Assembly: GCA_010093705.1 (NCBI GenBank)
Contig: MU006091.1
Coordinates: 1,798,001-1,828,131, forward strand
Reading direction: 5' to 3'
Length of the DNA stretch: 30,131 nt
Source: Patellaria atrata CBS 101060
Lineage: Eukaryota
A model generated the notes under the pieces. The model ran no database searches. It saw nothing but the letters and a program-made list of their open reading frames with translations, and had not been told where the DNA came from. Positions within the stretch are counted from its first letter, which is position 1; each line of letters begins with the position of its first letter. The translations under genes were made by a program, and so were the position numbers. Shown piece by piece: positions 1 through 10,905 of this stretch.

Positions 1-146
1 AGGATAAAGAAAACCTGCTTCCGCCTACCACCCAACAGCTCATGGTCCTAGCGTGTCGGGGTAGGCCGGAGACCGAGCGGTCCATTTGAGGTGATCGGCT
101 GGTGATGAGACTGAGAAAGTCTCGCATCAAAATGTAGCCGTCTGTC

Positions 147-670
147 TCATCCTTTCTCGACGGCGACTACCATGTCCACGTGAAGGGCCCGGAGAACCAG
201 CACCCACTCGTCCGCGATACATAGACCTTCACCCATTCGGTACAGCCATAGGTAGTACATGTCACTGTGCCACCAGAAGTTCGTCCTGCCGAGGCTGTGC
301 TTCGCGCCCGACCAGTCAACCGTCCACGAAGTCAAACCCGTCTGCAAACTGCACCTCCCCCCTCAAGCCGATTAGTGGTTCCAGACAGACTTCCGACCAT
401 ATTAGGTATAGGTATTAGGTCCGCGTTGATGTGGGTGAAGAGTGTGACGATACCCACATCATAGTCGCATGAACCCATGCTTCGGAGGCAGAGGTTGTTA
501 CGGATGCCCATCAAGCTATATATCGTATCACTGGAATCCGAAGAGCGGCGGAAACGCTACCGGTAGATCAGGAACGGCGTCTTCTCTTCGATCAATGCGC
601 GTACCCCGCTCATGGCCGCCGTGATGTCGTCCAGGAGGCTGTTGGGCTCTATCTCCTGGTGTTGTTGATA
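147..670 (-). pseudogene. Degenerate fragment resembling the C-terminal region of a HET (heterokaryon incompatibility) domain protein
   Basis: Manual minus-strand translation gives ...FLIYR*RFRRSSDSSDTIYSLMGI...CDYDVGIVTLF..., then after a frameshift LQTGLTSWTVDWS. These resemble the D-x-RDKIY-x-L-x-G, PDY and LPSWVPDW motifs of fungal HET proteins. Contains an in-frame stop and a frameshift; boundaries approximate. Confidence 0.4.
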
Positions 671-1507
671 CTATTCCCATTGTCTAGCTAATCATCCCCC
701 CCAAAACCATCATGTCATGTCGTACCCTTCCTCGCTTCTCTTACCTCCTCAACCGAACACAGGAGGGATAGTTTTCGGGGTATGAGTGGGTGGTGTTCGT
801 AAGGTATTTCGTGTAAGAAGGTTTAACGGGAGGTAGTTGGGAGTAGAGAGGCTTCACGCAATTTGATCGCAGGCGAACAGGAAGGCGTTGGGAAAGGTAT
901 ATTTGAATTGGCATCTGTTAAGTGATTGGGGTAGTTGGCGTTCAGGAACAGTATCTCATCATGTGTTCCATTATGAAAAACTCAAGTGCGGCCTAGGGTG
1001 CACACGGGGAAAAGGACGGGTTAAGGCTCCAGTCAGGGTTCTAATTGAACACTACTAAAGAAATAGTCCTCACCGCCGCCCGAAAAGATCTCGAAACACG
1101 AGTTTTCATTTAAACGGAACTGTGGTTTCAAGAATTGAAGAGAGGGAAGCTTTGAAGACCGAAAAGGACTTGGGAATAACCTAAGGCGCCAAGGGATGGA
1201 GCTTATAATTGAAATAATGCTGATTAGGTTCACGGATTGCGTTCTCATTTTCCCTGACTACTTAATTTTCATGGAGTGCTCGGAGAAGGTTGAATTCTTA
1301 TGAAGAGCTGCAGAATTACTGTTCATACCAGCATCGATATGGAGTTATCTTGGACTGTTGGTCTATTTATGTGTCTACACTATATCCTGATTGCAATAAT
1401 GCTTGCTTACCATTTCATTGCAAAACAAACAGGAAGTGACATCAATACTGAAAGATAGCTCATTCATGAGCAAAGTACGCAACGTAAATACTCCGCATAG
1501 TTATTAC

Positions 1508-2086
1508 TGTTACGGCCACAGGACGAAGAAGCGGCATTACCCATAGAGCGGTAGCGCAGAAGTGTCAGAACGGAACAACCATCACGGGTAGGAGATCACG
1601 TGATGTGATCGATGTGCTCGACGTGCTCGAGGGGCGAGCAGAGCGAGCAGAGCGATCAATGTGCTCAATGTGCTCGATGTGCTCGATGTGCTCGACGTGC
1701 TCGAGGGGCGAGCAGAGTGAGCAGGGCGAACACCACCAAATTGAACTACGAAGGATAGGAATATTTAAGGACGGTCTTCCCCTCATGTATTTAGATTCTT
1801 CGTAGTTATTCTTACCATCAATCTTACCCATAGATTTGGATGTTACGGTTTTGAACTTGACTTCACTTGTTACGCTGTTTCCATACAGTACGTCTTGTCT
1901 CATTGTGAGCATTACCCGAAGTCAAGGAGTCAGCAAGTTGTATCGTCAACTTGAAGTGCCTTTGTTATACGTATCCTATCACTTTGCCAAACCTACCTCA
2001 GTGGTTGACCACGTTAAGTGAGAAGCCAGGCGCGTTTCTAGACTTATCCTGTTCTGTCTCGATAAGTATAGACTCCCGTTGTAACA
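1508..2086. mobile_element. Solo LTR (579 bp) with intact termini and 5-bp target-site duplication
   Basis: Starts TGTTAC (1508-1513) and ends GTAACA (2081-2086), a perfect 6-bp inverted terminus. Flanked by ATTAC at 1503-1507 and 2087-2091. Confidence 0.8.
1602..1729. repeat. 9-bp minisatellite (GATGTGCTC-type and GAGCAGAGC units) with a higher-order duplication, inside the solo LTR
   Basis: GATGTGCTC-like units at 1602, 1611, 1620, 1658, 1667, 1676, 1685 and 1694. Block 1611-1655 recurs at 1685-1729. Confidence 0.9.
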
Positions 2087-2091
2087 ATTAC

Positions 2092-2382
2092 ATGGATGTT
2101 ATTGTCAAGGCTCAACCTCAGATGAGAGCTGAAAGGTATATTGCTGTATGTACATGAAGCTTAAACTTAAGGAAAGAAAGTAAAAGAGAGTATTAGAACA
2201 GCGTGAGCTGTTCTATTAAAGTATAATATGACTAAGCTACTAGATCATGCATGAAGCTTAAACTTAAGGAAAGAATGTAAGAGAAAGTGCCAGAACAACG
2301 TAAGTTGTTCTATTAAAGTATAGCATAGCTAAGCCGCTGGATCATCCAAGGCACTTATACCTATCGGGTCTAACCCGTGACA
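2092..2382. mobile_element. Probable older LTR remnant
   Basis: Ends ...AACCCGTGACA at 2382 (reverse complement TGTCACGGG, an LTR-like terminus) and contains a tandem duplication. The other terminus and a TSD were not found. Confidence 0.4.
2153..2346. repeat. 97-bp tandem duplication (2153-2249 and 2250-2346)
   Basis: Both copies begin CATGAAGCTTAAACTTAAGGAAAGAA and share GTTCTATTAAAGTATA. About 17 differences by hand count, about 15 of them transitions. Confidence 0.9.
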
Positions 2383-2391
2383 GTTATCTGC

Positions 2392-2734
2392 TGTGAGATA
2401 AACTGTATCTGCAGGTGCATGGAGTATGTCGCTTGATTCTCCATCTATCCACTAAAGAAATTTCTATATATATTGAAGAGCTACCGAGAACACGTATCCA
2501 AATCTCAATATATCTAATAGTCTCTGAGATATCTGTTGAGATAGTGGAGTCAGTTGAGGACGAAACAGATAATTGTTGAAGAGAGATTTTTTTCGTGCTC
2601 CATGCTACTCCGTGGCTGACAGCTGACAGATAGATAGTTGACAGATATTTGACAGATCCATCAAAGGACCCATACTTCAACATTACCCCTGGTCGCCAGT
2701 AGGTCCAATACTCCAACAGCTTCACCATCTAACA
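2392..2734 (-). mobile_element. Solo LTR (343 bp) related to the LTR of the copia element at 21139
   Basis: On the minus strand it begins TGTTAGATGGTGA, identical to 21139-21151. It ends ...GCACCTGCAGATACAGTTTATCTCACA; the last 47 nt match 21361-21407 at 42/47 positions. Confidence 0.85.
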
Positions 2735-2769
2735 GTTATCTTCTGTACTCTACAATCGGAGAACGTGTT

Positions 2770-3325
2770 ACTTCGAAGAGGGAGGTCTATTGTTGAATTA
2801 GAATCAATAGGGAATAATATCTAGACTAGAGTAAAAGAAGGAAGAGGTAAGGGAAAGAAGGGAAGGGGTAAGGCAGAGTAAAAAAATAAAGAACTAAAGT
2901 TAAGACTCTTATCCACGTTAAGAACGAGCTATTTATAACAAACCCCGGAAAGATATTAGACACATATGAAGAGCTAAAGATAACACTAAATATAAGAATA
3001 ACGATAATAAATTTCCAGGAATGCCGCGGAACCGGACGTTTTGGTCTCGAACGAGGAATGTGTTCGGAAGCAAGATCGTAGTGTGAGCGTATAGATAGTT
3101 CTAATAACCTAGTAAATTAGTCATTAAGACTTAAGAGTCTATTGAATAACGAAAAAAGATACTCTATTTAAGATTCTTTCTATACATTATTTACCCCTAT
3201 TTCAAATACTCTTTCAAGATACAAAATACTCTATTATATAAAATAATAAATACCCCCTTAACTATCTCGGGTTAACTAAGTTAACTCTAAATTAATAACC
3301 TACTAGCACTGTATTAGCCTTCTCC
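2770..3325. other. AT-rich, TpA-rich tract, probably RIP-degraded repeat DNA
   Basis: Visibly TA-rich and depleted in CA/TG (e.g. 3101-3310), with no ORF. Abuts the P450 stop codon. RIP indices not computed. Confidence 0.6.
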
Positions 3326-5003
3326 TTACTTGATAATAACCCTAACCCCCTTACTTGTCCTCCTAGGCATCGGTACCACAATATCAAGCACGAAATCCGC
3401 ATCCTCCCGCCCCGTCTCCCACAACTCCAACTCAAACCTGCGAAACACAGTTGCAAGCGCTACAAACAACTCCATATATGCCAGCTCCCTGCCGAGACAC
3501 ACGCGCGACCCGCGCCCAAACGACACGAGGTAGTTCGACAGCGGATGCGTGCCGTCTGGACCCTTGGGGTCGTCAAGCCAGCGCTCTGGCGCGAAGGTCG
3601 AGGGGGACGGGAAGATGGACGCGTTGCTATGCATATGGTAGGCGTCCATGCTTAGGGCGGTGTTTGCGGGGATCTTGTAGGTGCCGAAGTGGATCGGGTG
3701 GAGGCGGTTGAGGCGGGGGATGCGTTGAACTTGGCCGTAGGAGAGACGGAGGGCTACGTGGGTGTTGTTAAGAAGAGGTGGGCTAAGGAATAGGTGTAAG
3801 GGAACTCACTCTCTTGAATAACGGCGGATAGGTACGGTAGTTTCTCCAGTTCGTCCCAGGGGAGGATAAGCGCGGGATTCGGCATCGCGGCTGCGAGTTC
3901 GGCCTTCAGCCGCGCGTGGATGGGGGCGTTGGCCAGGATGTGGTATGTCGCTACCGTGAGGGCCCATTTGGTTGTTTCCATCCCGGCCCCGTTGATGCTG
4001 ATTGCTTCGTCCGTGAGGCGTTCGAGGGTGATGTCGGATGGGGGCAGGTCGGAGGCAATGATGTCGTGGAATATAGTTGTACCGGAGTCGTCTGGTTTGA
4101 GGGAGTTTCGGGCGAGAATGTCGGCGATCTGCGAGCGGATGTTCTGGGGCTATCCATTAGCGTCGGTGCGAGGATATTGGGATCTGACCTCACGGCTCGG
4201 AAATCTAGGATGGGCTTAAATGGCGGCAGTAAAGCTCCCATTATTGGATCTGGGATTAAGCCCATCATGTCGTTTAGAAACTTGAAGTGAGCGTTCCAGT
4301 GAGCACCCCAGGTGATATTCTGCATTCCCTTGGATAGAGGCGACTTGAAATCCACGGCTGCAGCTGAGTTTGCCGGGCGCCCAAAGGCCAGCGTGGTTGT
4401 AATGTCCATTGTCATGCTGGACCACATATCGTTGACATTAAGCACTCTCCCTGTCCCGGCGTATTCAGCCGCCAAACGAGCCGAAATCCGTTCGATGATA
4501 TCCGAGAGCTTTCCGTGCAGACTCCAAATACGTTGCTTGGAGAAAAAAGGGGCCAGAGCAGCGCGTCGCTCACGATGCTGCTCGGCATACGTGGTGCTGA
4601 ACGTTGCGTTTGGAATGCCGAAACGGTACTTAAACCGCGGTGACTTGTCCATGGGCTTGGCACGGGTGCTCGCACAGTACAATTCCTTATGGAATTCCGG
4701 ATCGTCGATGTGAAGTTCGGAAGGGGTGATCCGCACGATCGGGCCGTATTGATCGTGCAATTTCTTAATATGCCGGGTGAACTGGCCGCCCTCGCCGCCA
4801 TTCGCAAAGAGATTGTAGTACATTTCGTACCATTCTGTCACCGCTGCAAGCTTCGGTCCCGGGAACTTGGCCAGTGGGCTCAACCATAGGCGGTAAATAG
4901 CAAGCCCTAAGCCGTATAATGCATACAGGGACGCGAAAGCTGAAAATAAAGTTGGAAGAGCCAAGAGAAAAGTCATATCGCTAAATACCGTTAATAGACC
5001 CAT
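3326..5003 (-). CDS. Cytochrome P450 monooxygenase (trichodiene-oxygenase-like), 523 aa; exons 5003-4194, 4143-3810, 3753-3326
   Basis: N-terminal membrane anchor, PLAKFPGP, I-helix GAGMETT, ExxR (ETLR, formed across intron 2), PERW and heme motif FGRGSRVCLG. GT-AG introns at 4144-4193 and 3754-3809 restore the frame. Confidence 0.95.
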
Positions 5004-5672
5004 AGAGATTGTTGCTGACGGTCTATACTTAGGATGGTGAACTAATGAAATGGATGGCAAACTGAATGGAAGAAAACCTAATCTACCTTTAACTAGCAAA
5101 ATTCCATATAAGGGGAGATCTATGCTTTAACCCATTAAGTGCCATACTGTTGAACCATTCCAAACAAATATTTTAGAATGGAAGCGAAAAGGTGCAATAC
5201 TCAATTTAGCCCACATTAACGCAGGTAAGCGTTCGTGAAACAAAACATCATCGCATTTGTCGTAAACGCAAGTAAGCATCTAGACCCCAGGAATTTAGAT
5301 GAACTCCAGATCTGCGCTAGAACCCGCAACGGGCCGATCCCGAATGTATGCTTATCCTACATTAGCGCCTTCTTATGGGTTAGGTGAGGGTCACCTTCCC
5401 GAAGAGGAAGTTTCACAGCTGTGGTCACGGGAATACCTTAGTAAACAGTAGGCGCATTCCATTTAAGATCCATATAACACAGCTCGCTTAGAAATCGAAC
5501 CGGGGAAACAAATTTGCGATATCGCTACTTTTCTTTAACCTTCTTTGTAGTGTTAACGCCCGTAGTAGGAAGTTCGATGGCATAATACGGACGAGAGAAC
5601 GCATTTCATGCTACTAGAGAAAACTAAGCTGTGAAAACACCCACCTTATTCAATCTGGAATAGTCTGATACT
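5004..5672. promoter_or_regulatory. Divergent promoter region shared by the P450 and SDR
   Basis: Head-to-head ATGs at 5003 (-) and 5673 (+). GTAAGC at 5225 and 5272; AP-1/Yap-like TTAGTAA at 5438-5444. Confidence 0.65.
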
Positions 5673-6699
5673 ATGTCTTCTTCAACCGTGGTACTTATTA
5701 CTGGCGTGAGTAAAGGTATGCAACGGTTCTTCCCTCTCCCACCGGCTCTTTCTTCTACCTGTTTTATTGTCAACTGGGTCTAACATGTGTTTGATATTCT
5801 TTGGTAGGAATTGGCAAAGCATTAGTAGAAGAATATCTCCTACGACCGAACTGTACCGTCATTGGAACCGTCCGTGACAGCACCAAATACGATGAGCTGA
5901 AGAGCTCACCAACAGCCGACGGGTCCCGTCTACTTCTCGTCAGCATTGAGAATACATCGCAATCGGATCCCGCGAAGGCTGTTGAGGAGATAAATGCAGC
6001 TGGGATCGATCACGTTGATATCGTCATCGCCAACGCCGGCCTATCCCCTACACCTGGACCACTCGACACCTACGATATCCAAGATATCATGGATGCGTTT
6101 ACCATCAATACTGCTTCACCTATCTTACTTTTTCAAGCGGTGAAGCCTTTACTCGAGAAGTCCAGGGCACCGAAGTGGCTATCCATATCCAGTGGAGCCG
6201 CTTCTATCGGAAAACTGGAGGTCCATGGGGCGCATTTCGTGAGCGCATACGGCATATCCAAAGCCGGTCTGAACTTTTTCACTGTGTAAGACGGCCTGTA
6301 TAGGATGAATCCTAGGATCTACCTAACAACCAAGCGTTGATTAATTGTAAATCTGTTAGGGCTGTGCACGCTGCAAACCCGAACCTGATTGCGTTTGCTA
6401 TTCATCCTGGGTAAGCATTAGCTTGCCCCGAGTGATATATAGACTCAGACCCAACTAACAAAGTAACAGTCTTGTCCAGACGGAGATGGGTAATCAGGGA
6501 GCGCGCATGCAAGGGTTGGAAAAAGCCCCAGTAACCTTGAAGGAGTGCACTACAAAGACAATGGCCGTGGTAGGTCATTAGACGTAAGCTAACAAAGAAA
6601 GATCGTACAAAGCTAACTGAATAGCTTGATAATGCTACCCGAAAGACCACCTCTGGGAAGTTTATCAACATTATTGATGGAACTGAGTTTCCCTGGTGA
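5673..6699 (+). CDS. Short-chain dehydrogenase/reductase (Nor-1/AflD-like ketoreductase), 248 aa; exons 5673-5715, 5808-6285, 6360-6410, 6470-6569, 6625-6699
   Basis: TGVSKGIG cofactor motif across intron 1, IANAG, ISSG, catalytic YGISK (YxxxK), HPGLVQTEMG and C-terminal ...EFPW*. Four GT-AG introns; total 747 nt in frame. Confidence 0.93.
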
Positions 6700-7719
6700 G
6701 CAAGCTTACACTAGAAGCAAATCCGGCTATCTTGATGAGTGCAAGGCACACGGTCCTGTTTGATGCCAGGGTTAGCATTAGACATGTAGGGTGGAGGAAG
6801 ACCTAGGCCCCGCAGCAAATATTAGAATTGATCTCGTCCATAAGTAGTGTGCTGTGCAGATGAAAGTCCTCTATACAGCCCAATGGCGGGCTAGCTGCTC
6901 AACCATGCCGTAAAAGCACGATCATGATCCTTGGTGCTTAAAATGCTTATCTATCATCACCGGTCAATCACTTATCATTGTAACACAAATGGTGGGGTTA
7001 AAAGGACACAGTGTAGACGTGCTACAAGTCTGCTAGGCATGTATATGAGTGAGCTAGTGGGGGACCTTCTCAGCTTGATTGTGTGCTCGCCATTTGCTTT
7101 ACCTTGTTCTCGGCCTCTTTGGTTTTTGCTACCATCGTCCTCGTGCCGAAAGGAGACGTAGAGTTGCCGTTGTCAGCAATGAAGTATAAACCCGGAGGAT
7201 TGCGTTAGAGACCCGAGGAGTAGTCTAGTGTAGTCTGAAGGAGTATACTGTACTATAGAAGCATGGATACGGGAGAACCACGAAAACCTGTTAAGTGCGG
7301 CTCCTGAGAGAGATTGGAACCAATAGTATACCCCTCTATCATAGCCGTCTACAAATCGGTACTTTTGTGTATAACTATGAGCGGCGGTACTGCTTTGTAT
7401 GACCATAAGCCGCGGTACTTTCTTAGGTTACATCCACAAAGCATAGATTCCTGCTGGATACAAACAATGCTTTGATAGAAGCGTAAGCAATTTCATGACA
7501 TGCTTCTTGCTTATTTACAGTGAGCGAGGGGCTGGTCACCGACCTTGCATGTCATCCGATCTGGGCCGTTTCGCAGGCAATGTGGTGGCTTAATAGCCCT
7601 TACAGTCGATCTTGCTAACAACGAGAAATGCGACGCCACCGTGAGGCGAGAATATTAAGCCAACCATGAATGAGGATGAAGTAGTGGAGCGGTATTGTCC
7701 GTGCAGTTTTACCAAACGA

Positions 7720-7726
7720 TATAAAA
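7720..7726 (+). promoter_or_regulatory. Candidate TATA box of the flavin oxidase gene
   Basis: TATAAAA about 70 bp upstream of CACCATG at 7795. Confidence 0.4.
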
Positions 7727-7794
7727 GATATCAGGGAACCGGACTTACCTGTCTTAGGTCCTACCTGCAGTGTGCTAACAGTCGGGAGTTCACC

Positions 7795-9645
7795 ATGTCT
7801 CCATCTTCCTTATTCTCCTCAGCTTGTTTCCTTACAATTGTTACCAGGGCGGTGCTTGGTACCTCAGAAACATTCTGTAAAAGAATCCCTGGCGATGCAG
7901 ATTGGCCTGGATTGGATGCCTGGAGCCAGTTAGATCGACAGGTCGATGGCAGACTGATCGCTGCTTTTCCTCTCGCCCACGTTTGCCATGATCCAACCTA
8001 CTCGGAAACCGCGTGTACAAGGTTGCAGCAGGGATGGGGGTTTCCAGACACTATGTGAGTACAGTTTGGAATTACCAATCGATCCAATCTAATTCTCAAG
8101 GGTCCCTCAACCGGCCGAGTTCATGGCAACCTGGTTTCAGAATCAATCTTGCACGCCATTTACGCCGAAGTCGACACCATGCAATCTAGGCAATCATGTC
8201 AGCTATTCGGTCAACGTCAGCAGCGTTCAAGATGTTGCCAAAGGTTTAGCATTCGCACAAAGGCATCGGATCCGCGTTGTGATCAAGAACTCAGGACATG
8301 AGTATGAAACGATTTCACCCACTCTGTTCAACAATGTTACTGACCACGTGATCCAAGTTTCTATGGGAAAAGCACAGGAAAAGGCGGCCTTGGGTTATGG
8401 GTACATCATCTCAAACATAAGCAAATCATCCCGAGATATCGCACCTCGTATTACCAGGGGCCAGCGATCAAGATCGGCGCGGGGGTAAGTGGCGGCGAAG
8501 CATCGGCATTTGCATCACAGAGGGGATATCGAATCGTTACCGGGTCGTGCCCTACGGTCAAAACAGCCGGGGGATATTCGCAAGGAGGCGGACACTCGTA
8601 CCTCACAGGATTGTACGGATTTGGGGCCGACAACGTACTTGAATGGGAAGTCGTTACAGCGTCAGGTGACCATGTCGTTGCATCTCCAGTCAAAAATCGC
8701 GAGCTGTACTGGGCACTCAGCGGTGGCGGTGGTGGTAGCTATGGCGTTGTTGTTTCCATGACTGCTCGCATCTTTCCAGACGGTCAGATAGCTATTGCAT
8801 CCATGTCATTCAGCGCAACAAGCGTTGGAGGGGTTGATGCGTATTGGGATGCGGTCAGTGTGTTCCATACACAGTTGCAGCCTTTAGTGGACGCCGGTAT
8901 GGTTGCCCAGTACATTGTGACCAACGACACGTTGAGCCTCTTTGGAATGATGGCACCTGGTTTCACCGGCGACGAGCTCACTACCGTGATGCAGCCCATG
9001 ATGACAGCCCTTTCGAAGGACGGGTTAGCGACTGATAGTTCGGCAGCCATGAATCTGGTGGTGGCCGAAAGTAACAGTTACTATGATCTCTATGCTGCCA
9101 AGGTCATGCCCCTGATGGCGGAGAACAGCATTGGTCCTGTTGTTAGTGGCCGATTCGTCTCCCGCGAGAACATGGCGACAAATGCCTCGGCAGTTAACGC
9201 GGCCCTGCGCACTACCACAGGTAACGGCAGATTTATTGTAGCCATAACTGCTCTCAATGCAACAGGTCCCAGCCGTATTGTCGATCCCATCGCGAGCAAT
9301 GCGATGCAGCCCGCATTCAAGGAGGCGTTCATGAGCTTGATTATCGCGGCACCATGGAACAGCAGAAGCGACCCATGGGCAGAGGCTGCGGTACTGCAGG
9401 ATGAGCTGCATAGTGTAATCAGGCCGGTATTGGAGTCGGCCACACCAGGTACGGGGGTGTACATGAATGAGGGTAACTGGCAACAGCCGGGTTGGCAAGA
9501 CGTCTTCTACGGGTCGACGTATGAGAGATTGCTGCAGATCAAGAAGAGATATGATCCAGAGGGTGTTTTCTACGGTCTGACAGCTGTAGGTAGCGAGGCT
9601 TGGGCTCAGGATGCGAACGGTCGCCTCTGTCGGACTGACACGTGA
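7795..9645 (+). CDS. Secreted FAD-linked oxidoreductase (berberine-bridge-enzyme-like), 582 aa; exons 7795-8054, 8101-8301, 8358-9645
   Basis: Hydrophobic signal-peptide-like N-terminus and CKRIPGDADWP. KNSGHDFYGKSTG carries the flavinylation His (across intron 2), and GSCPTVKTAGGYSQGGGHS a candidate second flavin-attachment Cys. Also YGFGADNVLE and the BBE C-terminus YMNE...FYGSTYERLLQIKKRYDP. Confidence 0.93.
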
Positions 9646-9914
9646 TGGTGGAACTAGACGATTGAAAGCTATTATTTCGAGAAAAAGCCTCCCTGAGAGT
9701 GGAACCTACCTCAAGGCATGAATGAATGCTGGTGTAGCTTATTAAGTCAGAAGCTCTTAACGTTAGTTAAAATAAGATACACGAGTTCTGCCAAGACACC
9801 TAACCGAGTTTCGCCCGACCCTCTTCTAATGCAACATCCATCATCATCGGATATCATGTATCCCTTACTATACTGTACGAGTAGCACTGTGTACCCTCAA
9901 TTCATTCCAATTCA

Positions 9915-10905
9915 TTAACATGCCATATCAAGTAGCAACTTTACCACCTCATCATACCCTTGTGACACCGCACAATAGAGCGCATCCTTTCCAACCGTGT
10001 CACGCGCCCGCGGATCCGCACCGTACAAAAGCAGCAACGCAACGACTTCTTTATTGCCCAGCTCCGCCGCGACTTGGAGCGCCGTACGGCCTTGCTCGTC
10101 ACATTCATCCACTGCCGCGGCACCGCGCTTCAGCAACGTTCGCACGATTTTTCCGTTTCCTGCCTTGGCGGCGACGTGCAATAGTGGCGGCAGCGGTGGC
10201 AGCGGTGGCGATGGCGAGAGCGCGAGTGACGGTTCCAACCTTAATTCGGTATTCTTCGCCTCGAGTTTACCAGTTTGACATGGCAGCGTAGCCCGCTGCT
10301 CCCGGTGCTGTGCAGCTGCAGAGGACTCGTTTACCAATACTGGCGTGGGGCTTGGCTGTGGGGTCGACTGGATGTGGTTGGAGTCCTCTGTCATGAAACT
10401 CGGAGAAGACAGCGTGGTGGACGAAGGTGAGGATAAAGATGCTGGTGAAGGATACCAGTAACCAGTATTCTGCGCATACACACCCTCATCTGCATGATTC
10501 ATCCCAGGGGAGAAGAGATCTTGCTGGAGAATTTGGTTTATGCACCATGGGTCATCTCCCTTGTACACAATCCCGATGTCCGTATCCAGATCCGTGGTAG
10601 GCATCAAATTCCCTAAAAATTCATCCTGGCTTTTCATCTTCAGCGCTCTTCGTTCTACAGAGTCACGTTAGCAAGCATTCCATTCCTAAGAGTAGTTGCT
10701 TTCGAACTACAGATCTTGAATCCTCACCCCGAAATTTCCTCTGAGCAACACGATTTTGTAACCTCCTACGTGTTGAAACCGTCGGCCATTTTCCTTCGAT
10801 CTGGAAATTTTCAAGCGGGGGAGATAACATCCAGGCTGTCTTCGACGAACGGGTAGATTCTATGAGATCTGAAGGATGCGCACGATGGGTTTCGTAGACC
10901 AGCAT
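9915..10905 (-). CDS. Pathway-specific transcription factor with bZIP basic region and C-terminal ankyrin repeats (bANK / TOXE-like architecture), about 305 aa; exons 10905-10728, 10654-9915
   Basis: Basic region STRRRLQNRVAQRKFRERR completed across intron 10655-10727, with no obvious leucine zipper. Ankyrin repeats LLHVAAKAGNGKIVRTLL, GRTALQVAAELGNKEVVALLL and GKDALYCAVSQGYDEVVKLLL. The start codon could be the downstream Met. Confidence 0.88.

Noticed and set aside
1565..1912. ORF with HIEHIEHIE repeats, and the opposite-strand MCSMCS ORF at 1605-1805
   Set aside because: Both are translations of the 9-bp minisatellite inside a solo LTR; no independent coding evidence.
3340..3346. CCCTAA(C) telomere-like hexamer
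   Set aside because: Single copy inside the P450 coding end. There is no telomeric array anywhere in the window, so a subtelomeric location is not demonstrated.
5004..5099. N-terminal extension of the P450 in the ORF track
   Set aside because: Uses a non-ATG start; ATG 5003 directly precedes the membrane anchor.
7666..7794. Upstream in-frame ATG for the flavin oxidase
   Set aside because: It would bury the signal peptide and lies upstream of the candidate TATA box; CACCATG at 7795 has the better context.
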